From NCBI GenBank assembly GCA_038128265.1, contig JAYPJE010000001.1, forward strand, positions 68,165 to 112,699: DNA of 44,535 bases. Direction: 5' to 3'. The translations under genes were made by a program, and so were the position numbers. This DNA is from Gemmatimonadota bacterium. Its GTDB lineage: Bacteria > Latescibacterota > UBA2968 > UBA8231. Shown piece after piece: positions 16,785 through 25,842 of this stretch. A model generated the notes under the pieces. That model saw nothing but the letters and a program-made list of their open reading frames with translations, was not told the DNA's origin and ran no database searches. Position 1 is the stretch's first letter, and the number at the start of each line of letters is the position of its first letter.

Positions 16785-18200
16785 CTAGGAGCGTTTGGGG
16801 GCGTATAGGTGGGGACTCTGTCCGTAGTATACTTCGGCTGTCTCCATCATCGTCTCAGACAGCGTCGGATGCGGATGTATGGACAGCTGCACGTCGGAGG
16901 CCAGCGCCGCCATCTCTACGGCCAGCACGCCCTCGGCGATCAGCTCGCCGGCATTGGCGCCGGCTATGCCGACGCCAAGAATGCGGTCGGTGGCAGGGTC
17001 GATGAGCATCTTGGTCAGGCCATCGTTGCGATCTACTGTAGTGGCGCGTCCCGATGCGCTCCAGGGGAAGCGAGCCACTTTGACGGCTATATCCTGTTGT
17101 TTGGCCTGCTCTTCGGTCAGGCCGCACCAGGCGATTTCCGGATCGGTGTAGACGACGTTGGGAATCGCGCTGGGCTCAAAGACGAGTCGTTCGTGGCCGG
17201 CTAGGATCTCTGCGACGAGGGCGCCCTGATGTGAGGCGGTATGGGCGAGTGCGGCGCCGACGACGTCGCCGATGGCGAAGATGGAAGCGGAACCTGTGCG
17301 CATTTGCCCGTCGGTCTCCACGTAGCCGCGTTCGTCTAGCTGCACAGACGTGTGCTCGAGGCCGAGGTCGCCCGAGTTGGGCACGCGGCCAACGGAGAGC
17401 AGGACTTTGGCGAAGGTCTTCCCAAAGGGCTTGCCATCGGGCCCTTCAAAGAGCACGTCTATGCCAGATGGAGTGGGCGTGACCTGCGTTACTTTGGTGT
17501 CGAGCCATATATTGGCGAAACTCGCCTCGACGCGCGTCTGCAGTGGTTTAACCAGGTCGCGATCGGCCGGTGGCACCAGACCGGATAGCATCTCGACGAC
17601 GGAAACCTCGCTGCCTAAGGCAGCGTAGACCTGGCCCAGCTCCATGCCGATAATCCCGCCGCCGACAATGAGCAAGCTCTCGGGCACATCGGCCAGCGCG
17701 AGGGCATCGGTCGAGTCCATTAGGCGTTCGTCGTCTATGCGAAAGACGCCGGGCACGGCCGGGCGCGAGCCGCTGGCCAGCAGGGCGTGCTCAAACTGCA
17801 GGGATTGCTGGCCGCCCTCCACCAATTCGATGTCTAGGCTGCTCTCGCCTGTGAAGCGGGCTCGTCCGCGCACGTGCTTGAGCTTGCGCGCTTTGACCAA
17901 CTGACCCAATCCGCCGGTCATTTTGGCGACGACGCCGTCCTTATAGGCGCGGAGTTTGTCCAAGTCGATGGTGGGCTCGGCAAACTGCACGCCCCAGTGG
18001 CTGGCCTCGCGGGCTTCGTTAAGCAATTTGGCCACGTGCAGCAGGGCTTTTGAGGGGATGCAGCCGCGGTACAGACACACGCCGCCGGGGTTGGTTTCGG
18101 GATCGATAAGCGTTACGTCGAGGCCGAGGTCGGCGGCCTTAAACGCGGCTACGTAGCCGCCGGGACCGCCGCCGATAACGGCCAATTGCGTCTTTTCCAT
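16785..18200 (-). CDS. lpdA: Dihydrolipoyl dehydrogenase (E3)
   Basis: GGGPGGY, GGVCLYRGCIPSK redox disulfide, HPHPTLSE. Confidence 0.97.
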   Translation of the reverse strand: MEKTQLAVIGGGPGGYVAAFKAADLGLDVTLIDPETNPGGVCLYRGCIPSKALLHVAKLLNEAREASHWGVQFAEPTIDLDKLRAYKDGVVAKMTGGLGQLVKARKLKHVRGRARFTGESSLDIELVEGGQQSLQFEHALLASGSRPAVPGVFRIDDERLMDSTDALALADVPESLLIVGGGIIGMELGQVYAALGSEVSVVEMLSGLVPPADRDLVKPLQTRVEASFANIWLDTKVTQVTPTPSGIDVLFEGPDGKPFGKTFAKVLLSVGRVPNSGDLGLEHTSVQLDERGYVETDGQMRTGSASIFAIGDVVGAALAHTASHQGALVAEILAGHERLVFEPSAIPNVVYTDPEIAWCGLTEEQAKQQDIAVKVARFPWSASGRATTVDRNDGLTKMLIDPATDRILGVGIAGANAGELIAEGVLAVEMAALASDVQLSIHPHPTLSETMMETAEVYYGQSPHLYAPKRS

Positions 18201-18207
18201 GTGAAGA

Positions 18208-19836
18208 TCAGCCTTCTAGCAGCACGACAAAGGGATTTTGCAGGGCCTCGCAGACCCAGCGCAAAAAGCGCGCGCCGTCGGCACCGTCAATAAGGCGGTG
18301 ATCGTAGCTCAGCGACAGCGGCATCAGGGTGCGCGGTTGAAACTGACCGTCTATATAGACCGCTTCAACGCTCGAGCGCGCCACGCCGAGTATAGCTACT
18401 TCGGGCGGGTTGACAATGGGCGTAAAGGCCGTTCCCCCCATGACGCCGACGTTACTGATTGTCATGCTGCCGCCCTGCATATCGGCTGGGGTAATCTTGC
18501 GGTCGCGCGTCTTTTGCGCCATTTCGCTCAGCTCGACGGACAGCTCGATAATATTTTTCTGGTCGACGTCGCGCACTACGGGAACCATCAGTCCGTGTGG
18601 CGTGTCGACGGCAATGCCGATGTGGCAGTACTTCTTGTATATGACTTCGTTACTTGCCATATCGATGCTGGCGTTAAACTGCGGGAATACTTTTAGCGCC
18701 GCGCCTAGCACTTTGATGAGAATAGCCGTCGGCGTCAGCTTACCGCCGGCCGCTTCGGCGCGCTTACCGTGTGCTTTGCGCCAGACCTCGAGGTCGCGGG
18801 CGTCGGGTTTGTCGAAAGTCGTGTCCAGAGGGATAGTGGACCCTGCCGGTGCCCAACGCGCGGCCCGTGTTTGGCGCACTTTTGACATGGGCTGGCGTTC
18901 GATCGCGCCCCATTGGCTGAAGTCGGGCAGAGGCGCTGCGGCCGCTGCGCCTGGCGCTGCGGCGCGCGTTTGATGCAGCTTCTTAGAATGGGATTTCACA
19001 TCCTCTGCCGAGATGCGCCCGCCGGGGCCACCCCCTTCCACCTGGGTGATGTCGACGCCAATTTCGCGCGCCAGACGGCGCACCGACGGGGCGGCCGGCA
19101 CACCCTGTGCGGCGGGTGTCGTCTGGACGGTGGTCGGAGTCGGCGCCGAAGCGGCCGGCTCGGCTGCCGCTACTGGATTCGTCGTCGCTTCCGCTGCAAC
19201 CGGTGCGGGTTCGGCGCTTGGCTGTGGGGCCGCACCACCTGCCGAATCGGCGCTGCTGATGGTTAGCAGCAGCTGTCCAACGGCGGCGCTATCGCCTTCT
19301 TTGACGTGCACGGCTTCAACGACGCCGCCGGCGGAGGCGGGCACCTCGATAACGGCTTTGTCGGTTTCCAACTCGATGACGGGCTGGTCTTCCTCAATGC
19401 GATCGCCAACGGCGACCAGCACGCTGACGACGTCCCCGCGCTCGATGTTTTCGCCCAAGTCGGGCATCTTAAATTCTGTCGAGGCGGTCGGAGCCGATGC
19501 GGGCGGTTCAACCGGCGCAGGCGCAGGCTCTGGCTCAGCGGGACTTGCCGCCGGTGCCGGCTCTTCGCTTGGCTGCGGGGCCACATCGCCTGCCGAATCG
19601 GCGCTGCTGATGGTCAGCAGCAGCTGTCCGACGGCGGCGCTATCGCCTTCTTTGACGTGCACGGCTTCAACGACGCCGCCGGCGGAGGCGGGCACCTCGA
19701 TAACGGCTTTGTCGGTTTCCAACTCGATGACGGGCTGGTCTTCCTCAATGCGATCGCCAACGGCGACCAGCACGCTGACGACGTCCCCGCGCTCGATGTT
19801 TTCGCCCAAGTCGGGCATCTTAAATTCTGTCGACAT
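18208..19836 (-). CDS. aceF: Pyruvate dehydrogenase E2 with two lipoyl domains
   Basis: Two ETDKA lipoyl motifs, AAPSVRRLARE E3-binding domain, DHRLIDGA catalytic motif. Confidence 0.95.
   Translation of the reverse strand: MSTEFKMPDLGENIERGDVVSVLVAVGDRIEEDQPVIELETDKAVIEVPASAGGVVEAVHVKEGDSAAVGQLLLTISSADSAGDVAPQPSEEPAPAASPAEPEPAPAPVEPPASAPTASTEFKMPDLGENIERGDVVSVLVAVGDRIEEDQPVIELETDKAVIEVPASAGGVVEAVHVKEGDSAAVGQLLLTISSADSAGGAAPQPSAEPAPVAAEATTNPVAAAEPAASAPTPTTVQTTPAAQGVPAAPSVRRLAREIGVDITQVEGGGPGGRISAEDVKSHSKKLHQTRAAAPGAAAAAPLPDFSQWGAIERQPMSKVRQTRAARWAPAGSTIPLDTTFDKPDARDLEVWRKAHGKRAEAAGGKLTPTAILIKVLGAALKVFPQFNASIDMASNEVIYKKYCHIGIAVDTPHGLMVPVVRDVDQKNIIELSVELSEMAQKTRDRKITPADMQGGSMTISNVGVMGGTAFTPIVNPPEVAILGVARSSVEAVYIDGQFQPRTLMPLSLSYDHRLIDGADGARFLRWVCEALQNPFVVLLEG
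19238..19833. repeat. 245-bp intragenic direct repeat (19238-19482 / 19589-19833) encoding the lipoyl domains
   Basis: Copies are offset by 351 bp with only 2 mismatches on manual comparison. Confidence 0.95.
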
Positions 19837-19863
19837 AGTCTTTCAGTTCCGGCGCGCGCCGCG

Positions 19864-22527
19864 TTAGCGATAAACGGGATTGGGTTTCTCGGGGTCGATT
19901 TGGAGGTCGCGCATGGCTTTTTGCACGACTTCGTATTCGATTTGTCCGGCATCGGCCAGCGCACTGAGGGTTCCCAGCGCGATAAAGCGCGCATCGACCT
20001 CGAAAAAGTCGCGCAGTGCTTCGCGGCTTTCGCTGCGGCCAAAGCCGTCGGTTCCCAGAGCCACGGGTGCCTCGGGGAACCAGCGCGCGATGGATTCGGG
20101 CAGCGCCTTGACGTAGTCCGAAGCAATGATAAAGGGCCCTTTTTCGCCGTCGAGGCACTCTTCGATATAGGACTTTCTCTTTGTTTCGCCCGGATGCATG
20201 CGGTTCCAGCGCTCCGCGTCGAGCGCATCGCGGTGCAGGTTTTTGAAGCTGGTTATGCTCCACACATCGGCCGCCACGTTGTACTGCTCTTCGAGCAGCT
20301 GCTGTGCTTCAAGCACTCTATTCATTATGGCACCGCTGCCGAATAGCTGCGCCTTTAGCTTAGCGCGCTTTTTAGTTGCGCTCTTAAATTTGTAGAGACC
20401 GTTGAGAATGCCCTCTTCAACTCCCTTGGGCATGGCCGGCATCGGGTACTGTTCGTTCTCCACCGTTATGTAGTAGAAAACGTCTTCCTGCTCCACGTAC
20501 ATGCGGCGGATGCCTTCGCGCACGATAATGGCAATTTCGTAGGCAAAGGCCGGATCGTAAGCCATTAAGTTGGGCACCGGATAGGCGAGCAGGTGGCTGT
20601 GACCGTCTTCGTGCTGCAGGCCCTCGCCGTTGAGCGTGGTGCGCCCGGCCGTGCCGCCGACCATAAAGCCTCTGACGCGCATATCGCCGGCTAGCCAAAC
20701 GAGGTCGCCGATGCGCTGCATGCCGAACATCGAATAGTAGACAAAGAACGGAATGGTGTTGATGCCGTGCGTCGAATAGGCCGATCCGGCCGCGATAAAC
20801 GACGACATAGAGCCGGCTTCGGTTATGCCCTCTTCTAAGATCTGCCCGTCTTTGGACTCTTTGTAGTAGGACACGACGTCCTTGTCTACGGGCTCGTAGA
20901 GCTGGCCCACGCTGGAGTATATGCCGAACTGGCGGAAGAGGGGATCCATGCCAAAGGTGCGCGCCTCGTCCGGAATAATTGGCACGATATACTTGCCGAT
21001 TTGCTTGTCCTGGAGCAGCTTGCGCAGCACGGCGACAAAGGCCATCGTCGTGGCGATCGTGCGGTCGCCTGAGGCCTTTTCAAACTCATCCCACAGCCCG
21101 TCTGGTGGCATTTCCAGCGGCGTATTCTTTGCGCTGCGACTGGGCACGGGACCGCCCAGAGCACTCCGGCGCTCGCGGATGTACTGCATCTCCGGACTGT
21201 TTTCATCGGGTCGATAAAAGGGCGCTTCGGCGACCTCGTCGTCGGAAATGGGGATGCCAAAACGCGTGCGAAACGAGCGCAGTTCGTTCTCGTTGAGCGA
21301 CTTTTGCTGGTGGGTGATATTCTTGCCCTCACCGGCTTCGCCCATGCCGTAGCCCTTGATGGTCTTGGCGAGAATCACCGTTGGAGCCCCGCTGTGTTCG
21401 GTCGCAGCCTTGTAGGCGGCATAGACTTTTTCCGGATCGTGACCGCCGCGGCGCATCTTCTCTATTTGTTCGTCGGATAGGTGGACGACCATATCGAGCA
21501 GGCGCTCGTCTTTTCCGAAGAAGTCCTTGCGGATGTAGGCACCGTCGGACACGGTATACTTCTGGTACTGGCCGTCGACGACCTCGCCCATGCGCTGTAC
21601 CAGCACGCCTTCCTCGTCCTTCTCAACCAGCGAGTCCCAGTCATCACCCCAGATGATCTTAATCACGTTCCAGCCCGCGCCGCGGAAAGCCGCTTCGAGC
21701 TCTTGGATGACTTTGCCGTTGCCGCGCACGGGGCCGTCTAAGCGCTGGAGGTTGCAGTTAATTACCCAGGTGAGATTGTCGAGCTTTTCGCGCGAAGCAA
21801 GCGTAATGGCGCCGAGCGTTTCGGGTTCGTCGCACTCGCCGTCGCCCAAAAAGGCCCAAACTCTGCCATCGTCGGCCGCCTTGAGGCCGCGATTTTCCAG
21901 GTAGCGATTAAAGCGCGCCTGGTAGATGGACATGATGGGCCCAAGCCCCATGGACACGGTCGGGAATTGCCAGAAGTCGGGCATGAGCCAGGGGTGTGGA
22001 TAGGACGATAGGCCGCCGCCAGGCTGCAGTTCGCGGCGAAAGTTGCCCAGCTGCTCCTCGCTTAGACGACCTTCGACAAAGGCGCGCGCATACATGCCGG
22101 GTGCTGCGTGGCCCTGAAAGTAGATCTGGTCGCCCGAGTGATCGCCCGACCGAGCGCGAAAAAAGTGATTGTAGCCGATTTCGTACAGCGTCGCCGAAGA
22201 TGCAAACGTCGAAATGTGGCCGCCGGGCGCCGCCTTGTCGCGGTTGGCGCGCACGACCATGGCCATGGCGTTCCAGCGCACGATGCTCTTGATGCGACGC
22301 TCTATTTCGCGGCTGCCGGGAAAGGGAGCCTGCTCGGAGCGCGGTATTGTGTTGATATAAGGCGTATTGGCGGTGAAGGGCAGGTCGATGCCGGCCTGAT
22401 GGGCGCGCAGCTCAAGCTGCTCCAGCAGGTGGCGCACCTGCGCCGGGGACCGCTCTGCCAGCACATAGTCGAGCGATTCCAACCATTCGCGCAGTTCTAT
22501 TTCCAATTCTTTCGCTTCTTCACTCAT
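19864..22527 (-). CDS. aceE: Pyruvate dehydrogenase E1, homodimeric type
   Basis: SSYPHPWLMPDFWQFPTVSMGLGP, GDGECDEPE ThDP motif, GEGLQHEDGHS, GTDGFGRSE. Confidence 0.97.
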   Translation of the reverse strand: MSEEAKELEIELREWLESLDYVLAERSPAQVRHLLEQLELRAHQAGIDLPFTANTPYINTIPRSEQAPFPGSREIERRIKSIVRWNAMAMVVRANRDKAAPGGHISTFASSATLYEIGYNHFFRARSGDHSGDQIYFQGHAAPGMYARAFVEGRLSEEQLGNFRRELQPGGGLSSYPHPWLMPDFWQFPTVSMGLGPIMSIYQARFNRYLENRGLKAADDGRVWAFLGDGECDEPETLGAITLASREKLDNLTWVINCNLQRLDGPVRGNGKVIQELEAAFRGAGWNVIKIIWGDDWDSLVEKDEEGVLVQRMGEVVDGQYQKYTVSDGAYIRKDFFGKDERLLDMVVHLSDEQIEKMRRGGHDPEKVYAAYKAATEHSGAPTVILAKTIKGYGMGEAGEGKNITHQQKSLNENELRSFRTRFGIPISDDEVAEAPFYRPDENSPEMQYIRERRSALGGPVPSRSAKNTPLEMPPDGLWDEFEKASGDRTIATTMAFVAVLRKLLQDKQIGKYIVPIIPDEARTFGMDPLFRQFGIYSSVGQLYEPVDKDVVSYYKESKDGQILEEGITEAGSMSSFIAAGSAYSTHGINTIPFFVYYSMFGMQRIGDLVWLAGDMRVRGFMVGGTAGRTTLNGEGLQHEDGHSHLLAYPVPNLMAYDPAFAYEIAIIVREGIRRMYVEQEDVFYYITVENEQYPMPAMPKGVEEGILNGLYKFKSATKKRAKLKAQLFGSGAIMNRVLEAQQLLEEQYNVAADVWSITSFKNLHRDALDAERWNRMHPGETKRKSYIEECLDGEKGPFIIASDYVKALPESIARWFPEAPVALGTDGFGRSESREALRDFFEVDARFIALGTLSALADAGQIEYEVVQKAMRDLQIDPEKPNPVYR

Positions 22528-22785
22528 GGCGAACGCGAGTCCTCGTCTTCTGGGATATGGCGCGCAGAATGCGCATCGTTAAACAAATCAAAATAAGAAC
22601 TTCGACATTTTTTGCAAAGGATCAACCGCGGCCGCAAAAGCGCCTATCGTCGGGCAGAAGATCACCTGTTTACATATATTAGCGAACCGTAGCACGCGGG
22701 GAACGGGGCGGCCGTTGCGCCGTCCCTCCATGGTGGGAGACAGTGCGCCGTGTGGCGCGGAAAATGCGGGGTTGTTCACACTCAG

Positions 22786-24576
22786 ATGAATCGCAGACGA
22801 CATCGAGCGGTTTGGCTCAGCGTTCTCTTATCGCTTCTCGTACACATGGTTGGGCTCTATGTAGTGCGCGACCTGTGGCTGGATGAGCTGGAGACGGAGT
22901 CGTTCCGCGCGCGTTTGGCCAATATCGCTCCCCTGTTCAAGCCGCGTAGGTTGAATATTGCGCAGAATACCCTGGAAGAGCCGCCGGTCGAGTTTGAATT
23001 GGAGTACATACCCGCAGAGCGGGAGGCGGTTGAGCTGAGCGAGCGGGACCTGAAGCTGCAGATTGACCCGGAGGAGATCGATCTGGAGGAGGTGCCGCTG
23101 GCGCTGCGCGAAGTGGCCAGCGGGGCGAAAGAGGACGAGCCCATCATCGAGGCCGTCAAAATGCTCTCGCCGTCCGAGCTGGGGCCGTTGGATAGTTTGG
23201 GGCTGCCCTCGATGGATCTGCTGCGCATCGTCGATATGGCGCGCGCCAACAAGGATCACGCTGCGGTGATCGTCGACCCGGCCAGTCGGCGCGACCTGAT
23301 GGGCTATGTAAACTTCACCCAGCTGCGCGTGTACGGCGCGGGCAGCGGGCGCGGGTCATTGGATGCGCTGGGGCGCTACCTGCGCGACAACTCGCGCATT
23401 TTAGCCAGCGTGCGCGACAAGACTTACGACTATTTCCTCTCGGAAAACCTGCTCAAAGACCCGGTCCACTTCCTGTTTGAAGGCGGCGGAATGATTCCGT
23501 ATCGCAACGACGTGCTCACGCTCTTTTCGCCGGAGGAAAAGGCCATGATGGGGCGCTATCTGCGCGAGGGAGGGTTCTTATTCATCGAGGGCAGCAATCG
23601 CTATCTGCGCGAAATGCGCAGCCATTTGCGCTCGATTTTGGGCAAGGAGGCCGTTTTGCGCCCCGTGCCCGTTACCCACCCGCTCTACCATGCCTTCTAC
23701 AACTTTAGCGGTGGCTTTCCCGGCGAGGACAAAGCGCGCGTCATCGACGTGGGGGATAATCCTGGCTGGTACTATCCCATCCAGAATCGGGATGAACTGC
23801 CCGCTGCAGAAACAGCCGCTTTTTTCGACCCCAACGCCGAAGACGCCGTGCAGGAAGAGCAGCCACCGCGCTTAGGTATCTGGGGCGTGGAAATGAACGG
23901 CCAGCTCGTTGCCGTGCTCAGCGATATGGGGTTACACGCCAATTGGGGGCTTAGCTTTAACATCGAGGGCGGGGGCACCGAGCCCGTGCTCTACTCGCTT
24001 ATGGCGGGTGCCAATATCATTGCGTATGCGCTGACGCGCGACGGAGGTCGGACCCCTCAGCTACCGCCGCCGGCCTGGATGAATAGGCGACCAACGGCCA
24101 AGGTCCAGCCGGAATTGGACGACCCCGAGCGCGTCGTCGATCGCGGCGTGGCCGACGACGAAGTCTTTTCGGCCCTCGATGCGTCGCTGGCGCTGGTGCA
24201 GGCTCCGCTGGGTGCAGCGATTGAGAGCGAGTTGCAGCTGCGCCTAGACGGGCGCTACGGGCTAGAGTTGCTAAAAACGGGGTACAACGGCATTCTCCTG
24301 CACAATATGCCCGCCGGCCCGCACTGGATCGAACTGAGTTATGGCGGTCAGACGCAGCAAATGGATTTCGAACTGCAGGGGGGGCGGGTGCTGACGCTCA
24401 ACTTCGCGCTCAACCGCTTTGCCTTTATCAGCCAGCTGCGCATGGGAAAGCAAGAAGAGCAGGTGCCGATAGGGCAGTGGCAGCAGGCATTCTCCGATCT
24501 GCAAATGGAAGAGATTTTCCTCGCCGAAGACCGCGAATGGCTCGATCAAATTGAGGCCGATCCCGTCGGCCAATAG
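22786..24576 (+). CDS. Membrane-anchored DUF4159-domain protein
   Basis: N-terminal RRRHR plus TM helix; DUF4159-like core (RYLREGGFLFIE, HPLYHAFY, GVEMNGQLVAVLS, GANIIAYALT). ATG 22786 preferred over GTG 22750. Confidence 0.7.
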   Translation: MNRRRHRAVWLSVLLSLLVHMVGLYVVRDLWLDELETESFRARLANIAPLFKPRRLNIAQNTLEEPPVEFELEYIPAEREAVELSERDLKLQIDPEEIDLEEVPLALREVASGAKEDEPIIEAVKMLSPSELGPLDSLGLPSMDLLRIVDMARANKDHAAVIVDPASRRDLMGYVNFTQLRVYGAGSGRGSLDALGRYLRDNSRILASVRDKTYDYFLSENLLKDPVHFLFEGGGMIPYRNDVLTLFSPEEKAMMGRYLREGGFLFIEGSNRYLREMRSHLRSILGKEAVLRPVPVTHPLYHAFYNFSGGFPGEDKARVIDVGDNPGWYYPIQNRDELPAAETAAFFDPNAEDAVQEEQPPRLGIWGVEMNGQLVAVLSDMGLHANWGLSFNIEGGGTEPVLYSLMAGANIIAYALTRDGGRTPQLPPPAWMNRRPTAKVQPELDDPERVVDRGVADDEVFSALDASLALVQAPLGAAIESELQLRLDGRYGLELLKTGYNGILLHNMPAGPHWIELSYGGQTQQMDFELQGGRVLTLNFALNRFAFISQLRMGKQEEQVPIGQWQQAFSDLQMEEIFLAEDREWLDQIEADPVGQ

Positions 24577-24694
24577 GCGGTATGGGTGCCCACAGACACT
24601 CCTCTAATGGTGGGCCCCTTGCTTTTTTGCCACCCAGCTCTATCTTACCTAAGTGCTTTATTTCTATAAAAATAGACTAAAAAAGAAGGCGTCT

Positions 24695-25837
24695 TTGCAC
24701 GCGATTTTTTCGCCTCTACGCGCCGCTGCTGCCGTTTTAACCCTGCTGCAGGTCTGCGCCGTTTGGGGCGAAGAGAGCGCTTTTCCAGCGGCACGTGGCG
24801 TTTACATAAATGCGCATGCCGCCGGCGGTATGCGCGGTGCCAAACTGGTCGACGAACTGGTCGAAGCGGGTGGCAACGCCGTCGTATTCGACGTGAAAGA
24901 TCGCCTGGGCCGGCTCAGCTACGCCTCGTCGGTTCCCTTAGCGCAGGACATCGGTGCCAGCGCCGAGGCGCCCATTCGCGCGCCGGCTGCCCTTGTGGCT
25001 AGTTGGCAGGAAAAAGAGATCTACGTCGTGGCGCGCCTGACCTGTTTCCACGACGTCTTATTGGCCGAAAAACGGCCCGAATTCGCGCCGCTTTCGCGCA
25101 GTGGAAAAGGGCTGTGGGCTGAAAAAGAACAGCCCAACTGGGTCGATCCCGCCCTGCCTCAAGTGCAGCAGTACTTGATCGATCTGGCGCTGGAGGTTGC
25201 CGCCCTGGGTGTCGATGAGATCCAATTGGACTACGTGCGGTTCCCAACAGAAGGCAACCTGGCCGATGCCGTGTTCTCCTTTGATCCGCAGGAGCTGCCC
25301 AAGGATGCGGTGATTACCGAGTTCGTGCGGCGCATGCGTGCGGCGCTGCAGCCTGTGGGCGTGCGCCTGTCTGCCGATATCTTTGGGATTACGGCCTGGG
25401 GGCGGCGCGCCGATGTGAAGACCATTGGACAGAGCGTGGACGATTTATTGCCCCACCTCGACGTCGTTTCGCCCATGCTCTATCCGTCCCACTTTGAAGA
25501 TGGATTCAATCGGATTCCCAGTCCCGTCGATCACCCCTACTACTTCCTCTATCAGGGGTGTGAGCGGCTGCGCGCGCGCGCGGCTGTTCACGGCGTTGAA
25601 GTGCGTCCGTGGGTGCAGGCTTTTGACTACCGCGTGGCCCGGTTCGATGCGTCGTACATTACCGAGCAGCTGCACGGAGCTGAGGAGGGCGGAGCGCGCG
25701 GTTGGTTGCTGTGGAATCCCGGTAGCCGCTACGAGGTGGGTTTGCAGGCCATTGCCCATTTTGTCGCCGGGACGAGCGCGGTGCGCGACCAAAGCGAGCG
25801 GTTTCCCAAGCCCCTGGGTGCGCTGCTGCCAAAGTAG
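24695..25837 (+). CDS. DUF4015-type putative glycoside hydrolase (TIM barrel), secreted
   Basis: RGVYI, NAVVFDVKD, YVVARLTCFHD, WVDP, DEIQLDYVRFP, SPMLYPSH, RPWVQAF, WNP; signal peptide. TTG 24695 follows AGAAGG; start uncertain. Confidence 0.8.
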   Translation: MHAIFSPLRAAAAVLTLLQVCAVWGEESAFPAARGVYINAHAAGGMRGAKLVDELVEAGGNAVVFDVKDRLGRLSYASSVPLAQDIGASAEAPIRAPAALVASWQEKEIYVVARLTCFHDVLLAEKRPEFAPLSRSGKGLWAEKEQPNWVDPALPQVQQYLIDLALEVAALGVDEIQLDYVRFPTEGNLADAVFSFDPQELPKDAVITEFVRRMRAALQPVGVRLSADIFGITAWGRRADVKTIGQSVDDLLPHLDVVSPMLYPSHFEDGFNRIPSPVDHPYYFLYQGCERLRARAAVHGVEVRPWVQAFDYRVARFDASYITEQLHGAEEGGARGWLLWNPGSRYEVGLQAIAHFVAGTSAVRDQSERFPKPLGALLPK

Positions 25838-25842
25838 TGCCT

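Noticed and set aside
19238..19833. Repeat pair as a diversity-generating retroelement TR/VR or mobile-element ends
   Set aside because: Both copies are in-frame lipoyl domains, the differences are synonymous, and no reverse transcriptase or transposase is present.
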